From a candidate division WWE3 bacterium (GTDB taxonomy: Bacteria; Patescibacteriota; 4484-211; GCA-002791395): 64,000 bases of DNA. The notes below the pieces were generated by a model that saw nothing but the letters and a program-made list of their open reading frames with translations, was not told the origin of the DNA and ran no database searches. Positions 37,392 through 47,436 of this stretch are shown here, piece after piece. The translations under genes were made by a program, and so were the position numbers. Numbering within the stretch: position 1 is the first letter of the stretch; each line of letters opens with the position of its first letter. The stretch lies in assembly GCA_013335095.1 (NCBI GenBank), contig JAAXWF010000004.1, forward strand, positions 10,740 to 74,739, read 5' to 3'.

Positions 37392-39008
37392 TTACTTAAA
37401 TTTTGATAATAGCTGATCGATCGTTTGCCAAAACCGCAGTTGGTTTTCGGATTTATTTGTTCTCGTACCAAGTACCGAATCTGCTCGTGTTGTTTCTTCT
37501 AATGAATACTTAGTCTTCCATCGTTCAAAATCAGAAAAAGATGCGGGTGTTAACCCTTCATCCGATAAATACACAAATAATGGATGATCGGCCTCAGAAG
37601 AAGCTTGAAGAATTCCAACCACCAGTGCTGTTTGTCCATTATCACTCCGTAAATAAATGTAATCGATTCCATAAGGTGAACTTGGAATTTGTCCCAATTG
37701 AGAACTGTCGACCAACTTATTCAACGTGGTGGGATACGATCCATTATCGACATAGTACATATCGAGTGCCCGGGCGATTTGTGCGATATCGCTTTTTACT
37801 TGAGTATCCTGGACATTATCGTACTGGGCCGCTAGTGAATCTTCGACGACGGATTGGAACGGAATAGATCCCGACGGTGCGGTGATAGCAGTATCAGCTT
37901 TCCATTCAGACCATGACGAGGCAACGTCAAACTCAATTGTCACTGATTGAGGCAACGCAACCTGTGTATCAACAGAAGTGAAGTCTTGGCTAACTTTAAT
38001 AACTTCACTATCAGTAACGGTCGTGTTAACTGCAGTATGATATCCCAACAGAGTGAAGTCTTTAGAATCTGTCCAGAGCTCAAAAGTAACTCGATCAATC
38101 AACTTAAGAGAGTCATTTAAACTAGTCTTTGCCTGTTCAATCTCAGCCGCAGATGGAGCATACATTGAGGTATCGGACTCGGATGCTATAGCATATAAAA
38201 GATCAAAGATGCCATCACTTGCATTTGTTAGTTCAGGCCCCGATCGATCAATGACAAGATGGTAGGCCGACTTACCGTCTTTTTCAACGACACCACGATA
38301 CTCTATTAATCCAAGAATCTCGGGTCTACTCAAAAACTCTAGACCTTTTTGGTAGAACAGATCAGACTGGGTCTGATTTTGTAATAGTGCTGCCTCGTCA
38401 ATAAAAACATAATCTTCAAAAGGAATTGAATACCATTGTTTAGTAAAATCTTGATCCCCGATAAAAGCCATTAGCTGTTCTGGCATCGTTTCTATACGAA
38501 AGTATGCTGAATTATCGACTATTCGAAATTCCCCGGACAAATCTACATTCCCGATGTCAGGAGAAGCAAGGGTAAATGAAAGAGATTGTTGGAGCTTTGG
38601 CGCTTTAAGGTCAGAGAAATCTATAGGTCCGGCAATTGAAAACTGTAAAGTACCATTACTTACCCCGAGCTGGGTATCACCTACTGTTGAAACTTTTGCC
38701 GACATCCGCGCATCCTGAATTACTTTTGTTAAATTGATTTTATTTTGCGACATTCCAATCAAGATCTGTTCGGTATTTTTAGGAAGCGGTGTTTGTAATA
38801 ACATATCATTAACGGTGCGTCTCATTGTAGAAGGGACGAATTGGAAGGACTGAGGAAAGTATGCTGCACCAATCGGTATAGCAACTAAACCAGCAAAAAT
38901 AAAAAAGACAAATACAAGAATAAAGACCCATCGGAATCGAACGGGCGATTTAGGCTGAACAAGAGTAAGTGGTGAATCTGCCGATATTACTGGAGGCTGG
39001 GCTTCCAT
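37392..39008 (-). CDS. Membrane-anchored protein with C-terminal pseudopilin (GspG-like) domain
   Basis: N-terminal TM helix, beta-rich middle, D.Q.KSDI.QI..AL.MYY.DNG.YP..L..LV..P..PYG..Y.Y. Confidence 0.75.
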   Translation of the reverse strand: MEAQPPVISADSPLTLVQPKSPVRFRWVFILVFVFFIFAGLVAIPIGAAYFPQSFQFVPSTMRRTVNDMLLQTPLPKNTEQILIGMSQNKINLTKVIQDARMSAKVSTVGDTQLGVSNGTLQFSIAGPIDFSDLKAPKLQQSLSFTLASPDIGNVDLSGEFRIVDNSAYFRIETMPEQLMAFIGDQDFTKQWYSIPFEDYVFIDEAALLQNQTQSDLFYQKGLEFLSRPEILGLIEYRGVVEKDGKSAYHLVIDRSGPELTNASDGIFDLLYAIASESDTSMYAPSAAEIEQAKTSLNDSLKLIDRVTFELWTDSKDFTLLGYHTAVNTTVTDSEVIKVSQDFTSVDTQVALPQSVTIEFDVASSWSEWKADTAITAPSGSIPFQSVVEDSLAAQYDNVQDTQVKSDIAQIARALDMYYVDNGSYPTTLNKLVDSSQLGQIPSSPYGIDYIYLRSDNGQTALVVGILQASSEADHPLFVYLSDEGLTPASFSDFERWKTKYSLEETTRADSVLGTRTNKSENQLRFWQTIDQLLSKFK

Positions 39009-39095
39009 TATTTAACTATACCAAAAGCAGATCAATGCAACAAATTAATACTCAATCTCTTATCTTTTTTCTTCATAATCAGCTATAATCAGTTC

Positions 39096-39779
39096 ATGCT
39101 GCATTCAATCTTATTGGTTGAAGACGACAAGGGATTACAGAAGTATTTAGCTGAATTACTTCTGGAACAAAATTTTTCAGTCGATGTAGCGAGTAGTGGT
39201 GCAAAAGCATTAAGCCTGATCGAAGCGAAACGCCCTGACATTGTAATACTAGACCTAGGTTTACCAGATATCAGCGGTGAAACGATCTGTACGGAGATTC
39301 GTAAACATCACCCAGACACCCCAATTATTATCTTAACCGCCAGAGATGCCGTTGCGGATGTTGTTCAAGGATTAAACCTTGGCGCTGATGACTACATTAC
39401 TAAACCGTTTAGTGCCGATGAGTTAGTAGCTCGAATTAATGCCCGATTACGTCAAATAGATACGACCGACCAGACTCTCCAAGTAGGTGATTTAACCCTA
39501 AATACTGAAACCCATGAAGTTTCCAGACACGATAAAAAGATCGATCTAACCCCACAAGAGTTTAAATTACTCCACTACCTAATGAGTAATAAGAATAGAA
39601 TTTTAAGTCGAGAGATGATTCTAAATCGCTTATGGGCATATGCTCCCGACATAGAAACACGCGTAGTCGATGTCTATATCGGATATCTACGCAAAAAAAT
39701 AGATCAAGACCATCCGAACCCACTCATCCAATCGGTACGCGGATTTGGTTATATGATAAAAGACAAATCGAATTCATAA
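39096..39779 (+). CDS. OmpR-family response regulator
   Basis: VEDD, LDLGLP, GADDY.TKPF, winged helix VDVYI.YLRKK. Confidence 0.96.
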   Translation: MLHSILLVEDDKGLQKYLAELLLEQNFSVDVASSGAKALSLIEAKRPDIVILDLGLPDISGETICTEIRKHHPDTPIIILTARDAVADVVQGLNLGADDYITKPFSADELVARINARLRQIDTTDQTLQVGDLTLNTETHEVSRHDKKIDLTPQEFKLLHYLMSNKNRILSREMILNRLWAYAPDIETRVVDVYIGYLRKKIDQDHPNPLIQSVRGFGYMIKDKSNS

Positions 39780-39818
39780 TAATCATACATAGTTGATAAA
39801 AATTATCTGTTCAAGAAA

Positions 39819-40163
39819 ATGAATAGACCCAATACACACACAATTCAAGCAACGTATGTAAAAAATCTTACTCAAAAAATTAAAGGACTGATCGGTGCAC
39901 AGAAACCCGTTGCGCTTTACTTTAAAACCCGCTGGGGAATCCACACTTTTGGACTTAAATTTGCCATAGATATTGTTATTCTCGATACAAATAACACTGT
40001 TGTGCACATGTTTCATAACGTACCACAACAACGAATAATATTTTGGAATCCACTTTTTAATACTGTTTTAGAACTACCTGAAGGCACTATTTATAACAAT
40101 CGCATACAAAAAGGTGACACAATTATTTTAAAAGCAATAGACGACGAGCCGTCGGATAAATAG
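39819..40163 (+). CDS. DUF192 family protein
   Basis: KGL, IHTFG..F.IDIV.LD, VLELP. Confidence 0.85.
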   Translation: MNRPNTHTIQATYVKNLTQKIKGLIGAQKPVALYFKTRWGIHTFGLKFAIDIVILDTNNTVVHMFHNVPQQRIIFWNPLFNTVLELPEGTIYNNRIQKGDTIILKAIDDEPSDK

Positions 40164-40827
40164 CTTCAGCAATTAGTTTATGCCCTGCGGATGAAGGATA
40201 AAGGCCATCGGCAGTAACATATTCTGAATCAGCCATAAATAGAGCCAGTTTAGAGATATCAACAGAAGCAATTGAAAGTCTCCCAGATTCTTCAATAATT
40301 ATTTGATTAAATGTCTGAACGAGTGTCGAAGAATCTTGTTTATCTAACGATTCATTTCGGATAGGAAGAATTGATAAATCAGGAATAGTAATGACAATAA
40401 TACGATTAGTAGGCACGATTGAGGTTAAAGACGATAAGGTTAGTTGCATTTTTTCGCGGAAAGATTCTGCTGAAACATTTTGTATTAAATCGTTCGCACC
40501 AATTTGAAGAGTAATAAATTCAGGATTTGATGCAGACAACTTTGGAACAATAGATTCAATAACTTCTGTAGATGTTGTGTTTGAATTCCCCAGAACCTTT
40601 TCTAAATGGATATCAACAGACCGCTTGCGTAAATAATCAGTCAAAAGCTCTGGCCATGAGCTACCATCATGTAGTCCTTCTCCGATCGAGTATCCATCAC
40701 CTATCGCAACGTATCGAATAGATGTTGCAGTGGTGGGCATTGATTTGGGGCCTGGTTCAGTAGAAAACCAGCTTACCCACCCATAACCCAATAATCCGAC
40801 TATTAAAATAAATAAAAAATAACGCAT
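40123..40827 (-). CDS. SGNH/GDSL hydrolase-like protein with degenerate catalytic residues
   Basis: IGDGYS.G, IGANDL, DGLYP. Confidence 0.85.
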   Translation of the reverse strand: MRYFLFILIVGLLGYGWVSWFSTEPGPKSMPTTATSIRYVAIGDGYSIGEGLHDGSSWPELLTDYLRKRSVDIHLEKVLGNSNTTSTEVIESIVPKLSASNPEFITLQIGANDLIQNVSAESFREKMQLTLSSLTSIVPTNRIIVITIPDLSILPIRNESLDKQDSSTLVQTFNQIIIEESGRLSIASVDISKLALFMADSEYVTADGLYPSSAGHKLIAEAIYPTARRLLLLK

Positions 40828-40860
40828 ATATAATTCATTAGCACATTATACAAACGATTT

Positions 40861-41226
40861 TTATGGATGACTCAGTCGAGTTACCAAACTAATTAAATCA
40901 TCGATACCGAAAGGTTTAATTAGGTACGAATCTGCCCCAGCTTCTTCAGCAATTTTTTCGACTTCGTAATCAGGGTACGCCGATAATATTATAACCGGAA
41001 TATGAGCCGTAGACTCGTTGATTTTAATAGACTTACAGATTGCTTTACCATGACGTCCACGCAGTGAAATATCCAGTAGAACTAAGTCAGGCAAATCATC
41101 ATGAGTGCTTTCAAAATAGCTACCAATTGAGTCGGTTTCGACCCCAAAGCCCTCATGCCTAAGGATAAGGCTAATAGCGTCTAAAATTGCCTCATTATCG
41201 TCAATAATTAATATTTTTTTATTCAT
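40861..41226 (-). CDS. Single-domain response regulator receiver
   Basis: IIDD, LLDI, SA, KPF. Confidence 0.93.
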   Translation of the reverse strand: MNKKILIIDDNEAILDAISLILRHEGFGVETDSIGSYFESTHDDLPDLVLLDISLRGRHGKAICKSIKINESTAHIPVIILSAYPDYEVEKIAEEAGADSYLIKPFGIDDLISLVTRLSHP

Positions 41227-41365
41227 ACAATCGCAAGAGAGTAATCACCCAGTCAACACATTTAATGTATTCTTTTGAAAATGCAATTTCTTTATACTGA
41301 TCTTTTCTAGAATGATCGCAAGAGCGAGGCGTCGCCCCGCTCTCGGGACCACACATAACAATGAA

Positions 41366-41935
41366 CTACTCTTCTTTTGAACTACCCTTTAATGCTGATT
41401 CAACTAAATCACGTGGAAGAGCAGCAGCTGATAATAATGCATCGCGAACTATAGATAAACTCTGCCCACCGACTTCATTTGCGGCGTTTACAACCCCTAC
41501 GACAGCAGAGCGAACGGCTTCAGCCGTATTAGTCCCGGCTGAACCAGCAGCACCAATAGCCCCTTCGACTGCACCAACTGCGACCTGCCCTAAATCTTGT
41601 CCAATCTGAGCAGCTCCACGGACTGCACCACTGGCTGCTTTCTGAGTAGCCACCAAAACATCTCCACCGACTTCGGAAACGCCGGTAACAGCACTACTTA
41701 CTGAATTTTGAGCCACTTCAGTAATCGAAGATCCGACTTCACCAACACTTTGAACCGCTCCACTCACGATATCTGAAACAGAATCGAGACCAGTATTGCC
41801 TATCTCTGTCGTATCCTTCATGACACCGGTAACTTGATTTTTCACAGCTCCGCGAAGTGCCGATAAAACATCGTCGGTTCCCTGAATTGCAGCGACGATC
41901 GCATTTTTTGTTTCGTTGATTAAATACGTTAACAT
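41366..41935 (-). CDS. Ala/Gly/Val-rich helical repeat protein
   Basis: Repeats of AV.GAV..V.EVGG, SD GGGGGTGA. Confidence 0.8.
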   Translation of the reverse strand: MLTYLINETKNAIVAAIQGTDDVLSALRGAVKNQVTGVMKDTTEIGNTGLDSVSDIVSGAVQSVGEVGSSITEVAQNSVSSAVTGVSEVGGDVLVATQKAASGAVRGAAQIGQDLGQVAVGAVEGAIGAAGSAGTNTAEAVRSAVVGVVNAANEVGGQSLSIVRDALLSAAALPRDLVESALKGSSKEE

Positions 41936-42025
41936 ATGCGTATCACCCCCTTTGCTACACCACCCTATATAGCGTGTGTAATTTTAGTGTAGCACGAATA
42001 TTTATTTGTAAAAATGTTCAATGAA

Positions 42026-42541
42026 CTAGAATTTGAAAATCTGAGAGCACGTTAATCGTAGCGGTAAAGAAAAGAGTTGTTCTTGGTCTGAATATTTAAT
42101 ACGCAGTTCTTCGAATGAAAACCATTGGGGAGTATGTTGTTCATAATTCATCACAATCTCACCCATTTGAGGCTGATATCGCAACTCATACACTTGAAAT
42201 CGTTCCTTCTCATCACGTGTCGGGTAGGTATGTTTTAACCAATACGACCCGATCTCTTTAAAGTTATCATCCTCGGTTTTCAGTCCTAATTCTTCCCAAA
42301 CCTCTCGGACAGCGCATGCTATGTAGGATTCCCCCGCTATCACATGGCCACCAGCAGAATGAAATAAATGCCCTGATTCGACCTTGTGCTGTGAAGCAGT
42401 GGGTATTAGATATTTACCGTCAGGGCGCTTTAAAAGGACTGCACTGACTCGATGTTGCAAACCCTCTAAATGGGCATTATCCCTTAGTTCATGAGCAATG
42501 ACACTATTATTTTCATCAATGATATCAACCATTTCATTCAT
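42026..42541 (-). CDS. NUDIX hydrolase (Idi/YfcD-like)
   Basis: VDIIDEN, H..GL.HR, GGHV.AGE...AVREVWEELG. Confidence 0.9.
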   Translation of the reverse strand: MNEMVDIIDENNSVIAHELRDNAHLEGLQHRVSAVLLKRPDGKYLIPTASQHKVESGHLFHSAGGHVIAGESYIACAVREVWEELGLKTEDDNFKEIGSYWLKHTYPTRDEKERFQVYELRYQPQMGEIVMNYEQHTPQWFSFEELRIKYSDQEQLFSLPLRLTCSQIFKF

Positions 42542-42643
42542 ACGCCTTATTATACGTTATGCCGAATCTGACAAATTTTTCATATGCTGAGGTCCTTCAA
42601 AATGTATCCCGCTACTAAAAAGTAAACATGGTATGATCCTTAT

Positions 42644-43312
42644 ATGTTCCCGATCAAAGATAGTCGATCATCTGGGATTATTCCGTTTATTACATACGCA
42701 ATAATTGCGATTAATTTACTTGTATTAATACTCGAATACACGACGATTGACATCGATGGATTTGTAAATAAGTGGGCATTAATACCAGATGCAATTAATT
42801 TTAATGACATAACTACGTTAACTCCACTGGTTACTTCATTATTTTTACATGCGAACGTGATTCATTTCTTATCAAACATGTGGTTTCTACAAATTTTCGG
42901 AGATAATGTAGAAGGAGACCTTGGTTGGTTTAAGTATGCCCTGTTTTATCTTGCCGGAGGCGTTATTGCGACGATGGCACAGCTTGTGTTTACCTCTGAT
43001 GGTGATACCGTTATCCTGGGAGCAAGCGGCGCGGTTGCCGCAGTACTAGGCTACTACTTCATCCGATTTCCTCACCATACGGTCAAGACACTCGTAACAG
43101 TATTCTTTATTTTTTTCATTGATTTGCCATCCACGATAGTCCTAGGTGCTTGGTTCATTATTCAATTACTTAGTGGAATTAGTACCGCATCAGGTAGTGA
43201 AGGAATCGCCTGGTGGGCACATATTGGTGGCTTTATTTTTGGTGTGCTCATCGCTAAATTATCTTCGGGTAAAACTGAACGTAATAACTTTATAGATAGC
43301 AGGGATTATTGA
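42644..43312 (+). CDS. Rhomboid intramembrane serine protease
   Basis: FLHA..HFLSNM, GASGA, AHIGGF. Confidence 0.95.
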   Translation: MFPIKDSRSSGIIPFITYAIIAINLLVLILEYTTIDIDGFVNKWALIPDAINFNDITTLTPLVTSLFLHANVIHFLSNMWFLQIFGDNVEGDLGWFKYALFYLAGGVIATMAQLVFTSDGDTVILGASGAVAAVLGYYFIRFPHHTVKTLVTVFFIFFIDLPSTIVLGAWFIIQLLSGISTASGSEGIAWWAHIGGFIFGVLIAKLSSGKTERNNFIDSRDY

Positions 43313-43980
43313 TGGATTTCGACACTCCCAAAAGTAGCAGTACCTCGCACCGTAATAGTTGGACCGTCATTTGTTGCAGTCGCTGCATGATTCTCCCAAC
43401 TTCCAAGAGTTGGTGTACCAAGACTTTCGACTCGTACATTCTGCGGCATCTTAAGTTCGATTGATCCAAACGAACTATTTGCGATTATTTCTGCCCCCGC
43501 ATCGGCAATTTTGACCGAACTCAAGTCTAATTCAACCGACCCAAAGCTGGCATCGACACGTCCGCCATTAAATTGACTGCTTTCAATCTTCTTTTCAAGC
43601 GAACCAAATGATACCGACTCATTCAATGTATCTTGTTGCGATATTTTAGAAATAGTCGTGCCGACAACACCAATCGGTCGTTTTGTAATCAACATAAAAC
43701 CGGCTCCAATTAATAGAAGCGGCCAAAACAAATTCCAAACATTTACATTAAAAAGGGTTGAAGCCAAGAAGAAGAGACCAATCGTGGACAAAATTAAACC
43801 TGAGTTAGTTCGTCCCTGTTGTAATGAACGAATACCAAAGTAAATTAAGATAATGGGCCAATATGTTCCAATAATCTCTCCTAAATCAAATGAAGCGATT
43901 AGACCTAACTGTTCGGCTAAAAACAATAAACCAAAACCAACTAATAAAAGCCCTGGAAGCGATTGACGATTAACCTGCAT
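43306..43980 (-). CDS. LiaF-like (DUF5668/DUF2154) membrane protein
   Basis: YWP/FWP TM pairs, repeated FG.VE. Confidence 0.88.
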   Translation of the reverse strand: MQVNRQSLPGLLLVGFGLLFLAEQLGLIASFDLGEIIGTYWPIILIYFGIRSLQQGRTNSGLILSTIGLFFLASTLFNVNVWNLFWPLLLIGAGFMLITKRPIGVVGTTISKISQQDTLNESVSFGSLEKKIESSQFNGGRVDASFGSVELDLSSVKIADAGAEIIANSSFGSIELKMPQNVRVESLGTPTLGSWENHAATATNDGPTITVRGTATFGSVEIHQ

Positions 43981-44056
43981 TAAATGATTATACACAAGTT
44001 GTTAAGTGGAGTTGTACATTTTATACGATACCGTCCGATGTCAAAAAGTCCTTCTT

Positions 44057-45010
44057 TTAAGAACGAAATTGCATGACACACACAAAAAAACCTTCCATTT
44101 CTGGGCTTGGCATAATCCGCAGTCCATTTTTAACTTGAGGATCAAAGGAGGTGGATTGCCATGATGTTAAGGCAGGAACACGATTCGGTAAGTCAATATC
44201 TATGGGAACGGTCATAAGATTCGGATACGTTTTTAAGGCGAAATCTATAATTTCTTCATTTTCTTCAGGGGCAAATGTACAGGTTGAATACACCAGAGTG
44301 CCTTGTGGAGAAAGTAAGTTTACCGCCGATACCATGAGTTCTAGTTGAAGCTCATGGTGCTTTTTTATAGTCGAGGCAGACCAATACTGCATTGCATTTG
44401 GCTTACGAAAATCAATAATCCCTTCCGAGCTGCACGGTGCATCTAGTAGGATCCGATCAAATTTTCTGGAAATTGTCTCGTGTAAAAACTGCCCCGCTTG
44501 ATTAAAAATCATTTCAACGGACACGCCAGTTTGGTTGAAGTACTCCTTCATAATTCGAACTCGCTCGATCGATACTTCGTTAACCCATATATGTCCGAGG
44601 TTTCCACATAGTGCAGCGATATGAGATGTTTTGCTCCCGGGAGCAGCGCACATATCTAAAATATAATCATTTGGGCGAGGATCAAGACAAATAGGCGGAA
44701 TGAAACTCGATGCATTTTGTACAATAACTCGTCCGTCACGAAAATAATCCGACCCCGTAATATCTCGCTTATTGCCGAAAAAAGTGTATGCATGAGGACA
44801 CCAATCAATTGGTTGTAGCTCAATTCCTTCAGATTCCAATTCAGCTTTCAAGTTATCACTGTCAGGAAATACGTTATTTAAACGTAAGCTTTGGGTCCGA
44901 TTAAGATATAAAAATTGCTCGACAAATGCACGATCAGTTTTGAATATATGAGCGAGCCGGTCAAGAAACAATTCCCTCTTTTTCTTTTCATCTCGCGGTA
45001 TATTTTGCAT
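44057..45010 (-). CDS. RsmB/NOP2/RsmF-family RNA m5C methyltransferase
   Basis: DMCAAPGSKT, DAPCS, YSTCT..PEENE. Confidence 0.95.
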   Translation of the reverse strand: MQNIPRDEKKKRELFLDRLAHIFKTDRAFVEQFLYLNRTQSLRLNNVFPDSDNLKAELESEGIELQPIDWCPHAYTFFGNKRDITGSDYFRDGRVIVQNASSFIPPICLDPRPNDYILDMCAAPGSKTSHIAALCGNLGHIWVNEVSIERVRIMKEYFNQTGVSVEMIFNQAGQFLHETISRKFDRILLDAPCSSEGIIDFRKPNAMQYWSASTIKKHHELQLELMVSAVNLLSPQGTLVYSTCTFAPEENEEIIDFALKTYPNLMTVPIDIDLPNRVPALTSWQSTSFDPQVKNGLRIMPSPEMEGFFVCVMQFRS

Positions 45011-45030
45011 ACTGAGATTATATGCCTTGG

Positions 45031-45672
45031 TTACGAATTCGAAAATGACAACATCAATCCCCAAAAAAGTGCCGAACCGATAAATGATATGCCTAGAATT
45101 AACCGTCTTCGTTTACGTACTAACTCGTATATAAAAATATTAAATGATGCGATACCCAATAGATGAATTAATAAGCTCAGAACTCCCCCCCAAATATTTG
45201 TGAGATATACAGTATTGCTTATAGGCATATTACCCATTCGATCAAGAAAGATGATATCAACAAAGGGGATAATCGTATTCGATAAAAGCCACCACAGCAT
45301 GAATAAATTAGCACCCAGAGAAACCATCATCAATGAACCAATAATGTCACGCATTAACTTTGTTTGAGGTTCATCGAGATCAAGCGTAACAATTAGTAAC
45401 TGGAAAGCGATAGGAACGGCATTGATTAAATACAGACCAAAGACCGCCAATAACATTGAATAATAATTCTCCATCGACTGATCTTTCACGTAGAGAGTTA
45501 TTGCCGATGCGAGTGTACCTTCAGGATTAAACTGCAAATTCCCATAGATAAAAAGAGCGCTGAAGATTACCGTTCCGCAATTGACCCAGCGCATTATTAC
45601 ATAGTATTTATGTTTTTTACGTATAGCTACATTTGAATCAGAACGAGGTAACTCTTTATCGATATCCATCAC
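45031..45672 (-). CDS. Hypothetical membrane protein
   Basis: About five TM helices. Confidence 0.7.
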   Translation of the reverse strand: MMDIDKELPRSDSNVAIRKKHKYYVIMRWVNCGTVIFSALFIYGNLQFNPEGTLASAITLYVKDQSMENYYSMLLAVFGLYLINAVPIAFQLLIVTLDLDEPQTKLMRDIIGSLMMVSLGANLFMLWWLLSNTIIPFVDIIFLDRMGNMPISNTVYLTNIWGGVLSLLIHLLGIASFNIFIYELVRKRRRLILGISFIGSALFWGLMLSFSNS

Positions 45673-45742
45673 CCCAAGTATAGTGATTTACCATAAAATC
45701 ATAAAGTATTTAAAAGAAGCCATTAATACTATAGTTTATCTA

Positions 45743-45953
45743 TTGACGTTATTTAATCAACGTACTATGCTTACGACAATTTATCTCCGAAGATAAAATA
45801 CCAGGACAAGGTCTAGGACCAATTTGTTCGGATGGCACATTGCCAACTCAACGCTCGAACTCTTTGAGTTCACCTCATGATACTCATGAAAGGAGGGCAA
45901 ATCGTCATTAATCTGGCGTATTAATCCCGGGCAATACAATCTGGAGGATTTCA
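45743..45953 (+). promoter_or_regulatory. Promoter and about 175-nt structured 5' leader of the nucleobase permease
   Basis: TTGACG-17 nt-TATGCT, several short hairpins, SD GGAGG. Confidence 0.5.
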
Positions 45954-47318
45954 ATGCAAGCCAAAAGTCCGAGTCTTACCGGGTATCTCCCCAATGATGC
46001 CCCCAACTATCCGGCCTTGTTCAGCCTGGCATTCCAGCATGTGCTGACGATGTTTCCCGCTACCGTCCTTGTCGCGATTTTGACCGGGTTTGACATCGGC
46101 GTCACGCTTTTCGCCTCAGGGCTCGCGACCGTAGTGGCACTACTGGGAAGCAAAGCAATCACTGGTAGCTACATACCACTCTACTACGGCAGCTCATTTA
46201 GCTACATCGCGGCAGTATCCGCAGTGGTCGCGTCGAATGGATCAAACGGTATACAGGTAGCCCAGGTCGGTATCATCGGCACTGCGGTGATCAACATTCT
46301 TATCGGCATTGCCGTTAGGCAAGCTGGAAAGAAGCGACTGGATGCCATATTGCCGCCGATCATCACCGGTTCAGTTTCGATAGTCATAGGCTTAGCCTTG
46401 GCTCGAACTGCGCTGGATATGTCTGCAGGCACCTGCTGCTTGGTGAATATGGACAAAGCGCCCATGGCAAGCGGTGCATGGTGGACCGTCGCAACTATTA
46501 CCCTACTGGCAACAATCCTCTTCTCCGTATATCTTCGTGGGAAGGGTTTTTGGGGTATGATCCCGGTTCTTCTAGGCGCACTGGTAGGCTATTTGGTGGC
46601 AATTCCTTTCGGGCTTGTCAACTTTGGGCCAGTATTTCAGGCACCACTGCTGCAAGTACCTCACTTCACGGTTCCGGCATTTACGAGTGCCAACGGATGG
46701 TGGGCGGTACTGGCGATTGCACCAATTGCGATCGCAACCATCCCCGAAAGCACAGCCCACCTTTACCAGATCGGTCTATATGTTGATCGGTTAGCCGACG
46801 AAGCGAAGCGACCACAGCCGCAGCTTAGCCGGTGGATCGGGGTCAATCTGGTGCTCGATGGAATCGGAGACCTAATCAATGGTCTTCTGGGCGGCTGTGC
46901 CGGAACAAATTATGGGGAAAATAATAGCCTTATGGCCATTACCCGTAATTACTCCGGTCCGGTATTACTTGGGGCGGGTGTTCTGGCGATGATCTTAAGC
47001 TTCGTTGGAACACTATCAGCCATCGTAGCCACGCTACCCACGGCTGTAACGGGTGGACTCGCGATTTATCTTTTCGGCATTATCGGACTCCAAGGAGTCG
47101 CATTGATGATGTCCGAGAAGGTCGATCTGTTTGATCCACGACAGCTTGCGATTGGGGCAGCTATCCTGGTAATTGGAATTGGCGGAAATTCCTTTGCAGG
47201 AGGTGCACTCCCATTCGGTAGCTTCAGCATCCCTGCGATTGCGACATCTGCAGTTGTAGGCATCGTACTGAACGCCATCTTCCGCCTAATGCCAAGTCCA
47301 ACCCAGACAACGGCATAG
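45954..47318 (+). CDS. NCS2 uracil/xanthine permease (UraA/PyrP-like)
   Basis: FQHV..MF, YYGSSFSY, PPIITG, TNYGENN. Confidence 0.95.
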   Translation: MQAKSPSLTGYLPNDAPNYPALFSLAFQHVLTMFPATVLVAILTGFDIGVTLFASGLATVVALLGSKAITGSYIPLYYGSSFSYIAAVSAVVASNGSNGIQVAQVGIIGTAVINILIGIAVRQAGKKRLDAILPPIITGSVSIVIGLALARTALDMSAGTCCLVNMDKAPMASGAWWTVATITLLATILFSVYLRGKGFWGMIPVLLGALVGYLVAIPFGLVNFGPVFQAPLLQVPHFTVPAFTSANGWWAVLAIAPIAIATIPESTAHLYQIGLYVDRLADEAKRPQPQLSRWIGVNLVLDGIGDLINGLLGGCAGTNYGENNSLMAITRNYSGPVLLGAGVLAMILSFVGTLSAIVATLPTAVTGGLAIYLFGIIGLQGVALMMSEKVDLFDPRQLAIGAAILVIGIGGNSFAGGALPFGSFSIPAIATSAVVGIVLNAIFRLMPSPTQTTA

Positions 47319-47357
47319 TTGATATCGGAGATTAAGGCCTAATCACTGGCTCAAAAA

Positions 47358-47383
47358 GGCGGTAGGAAATATTCCCTACCGCC
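47358..47383. terminator. Terminator hairpin
   Basis: GGCGGTAGG...CCTACCGCC. Confidence 0.8.
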
Positions 47384-47436
47384 ATATTCTCTAGCCAATC
47401 ATTGGATGAATGATTATCATGAACGGGGACTATTTT

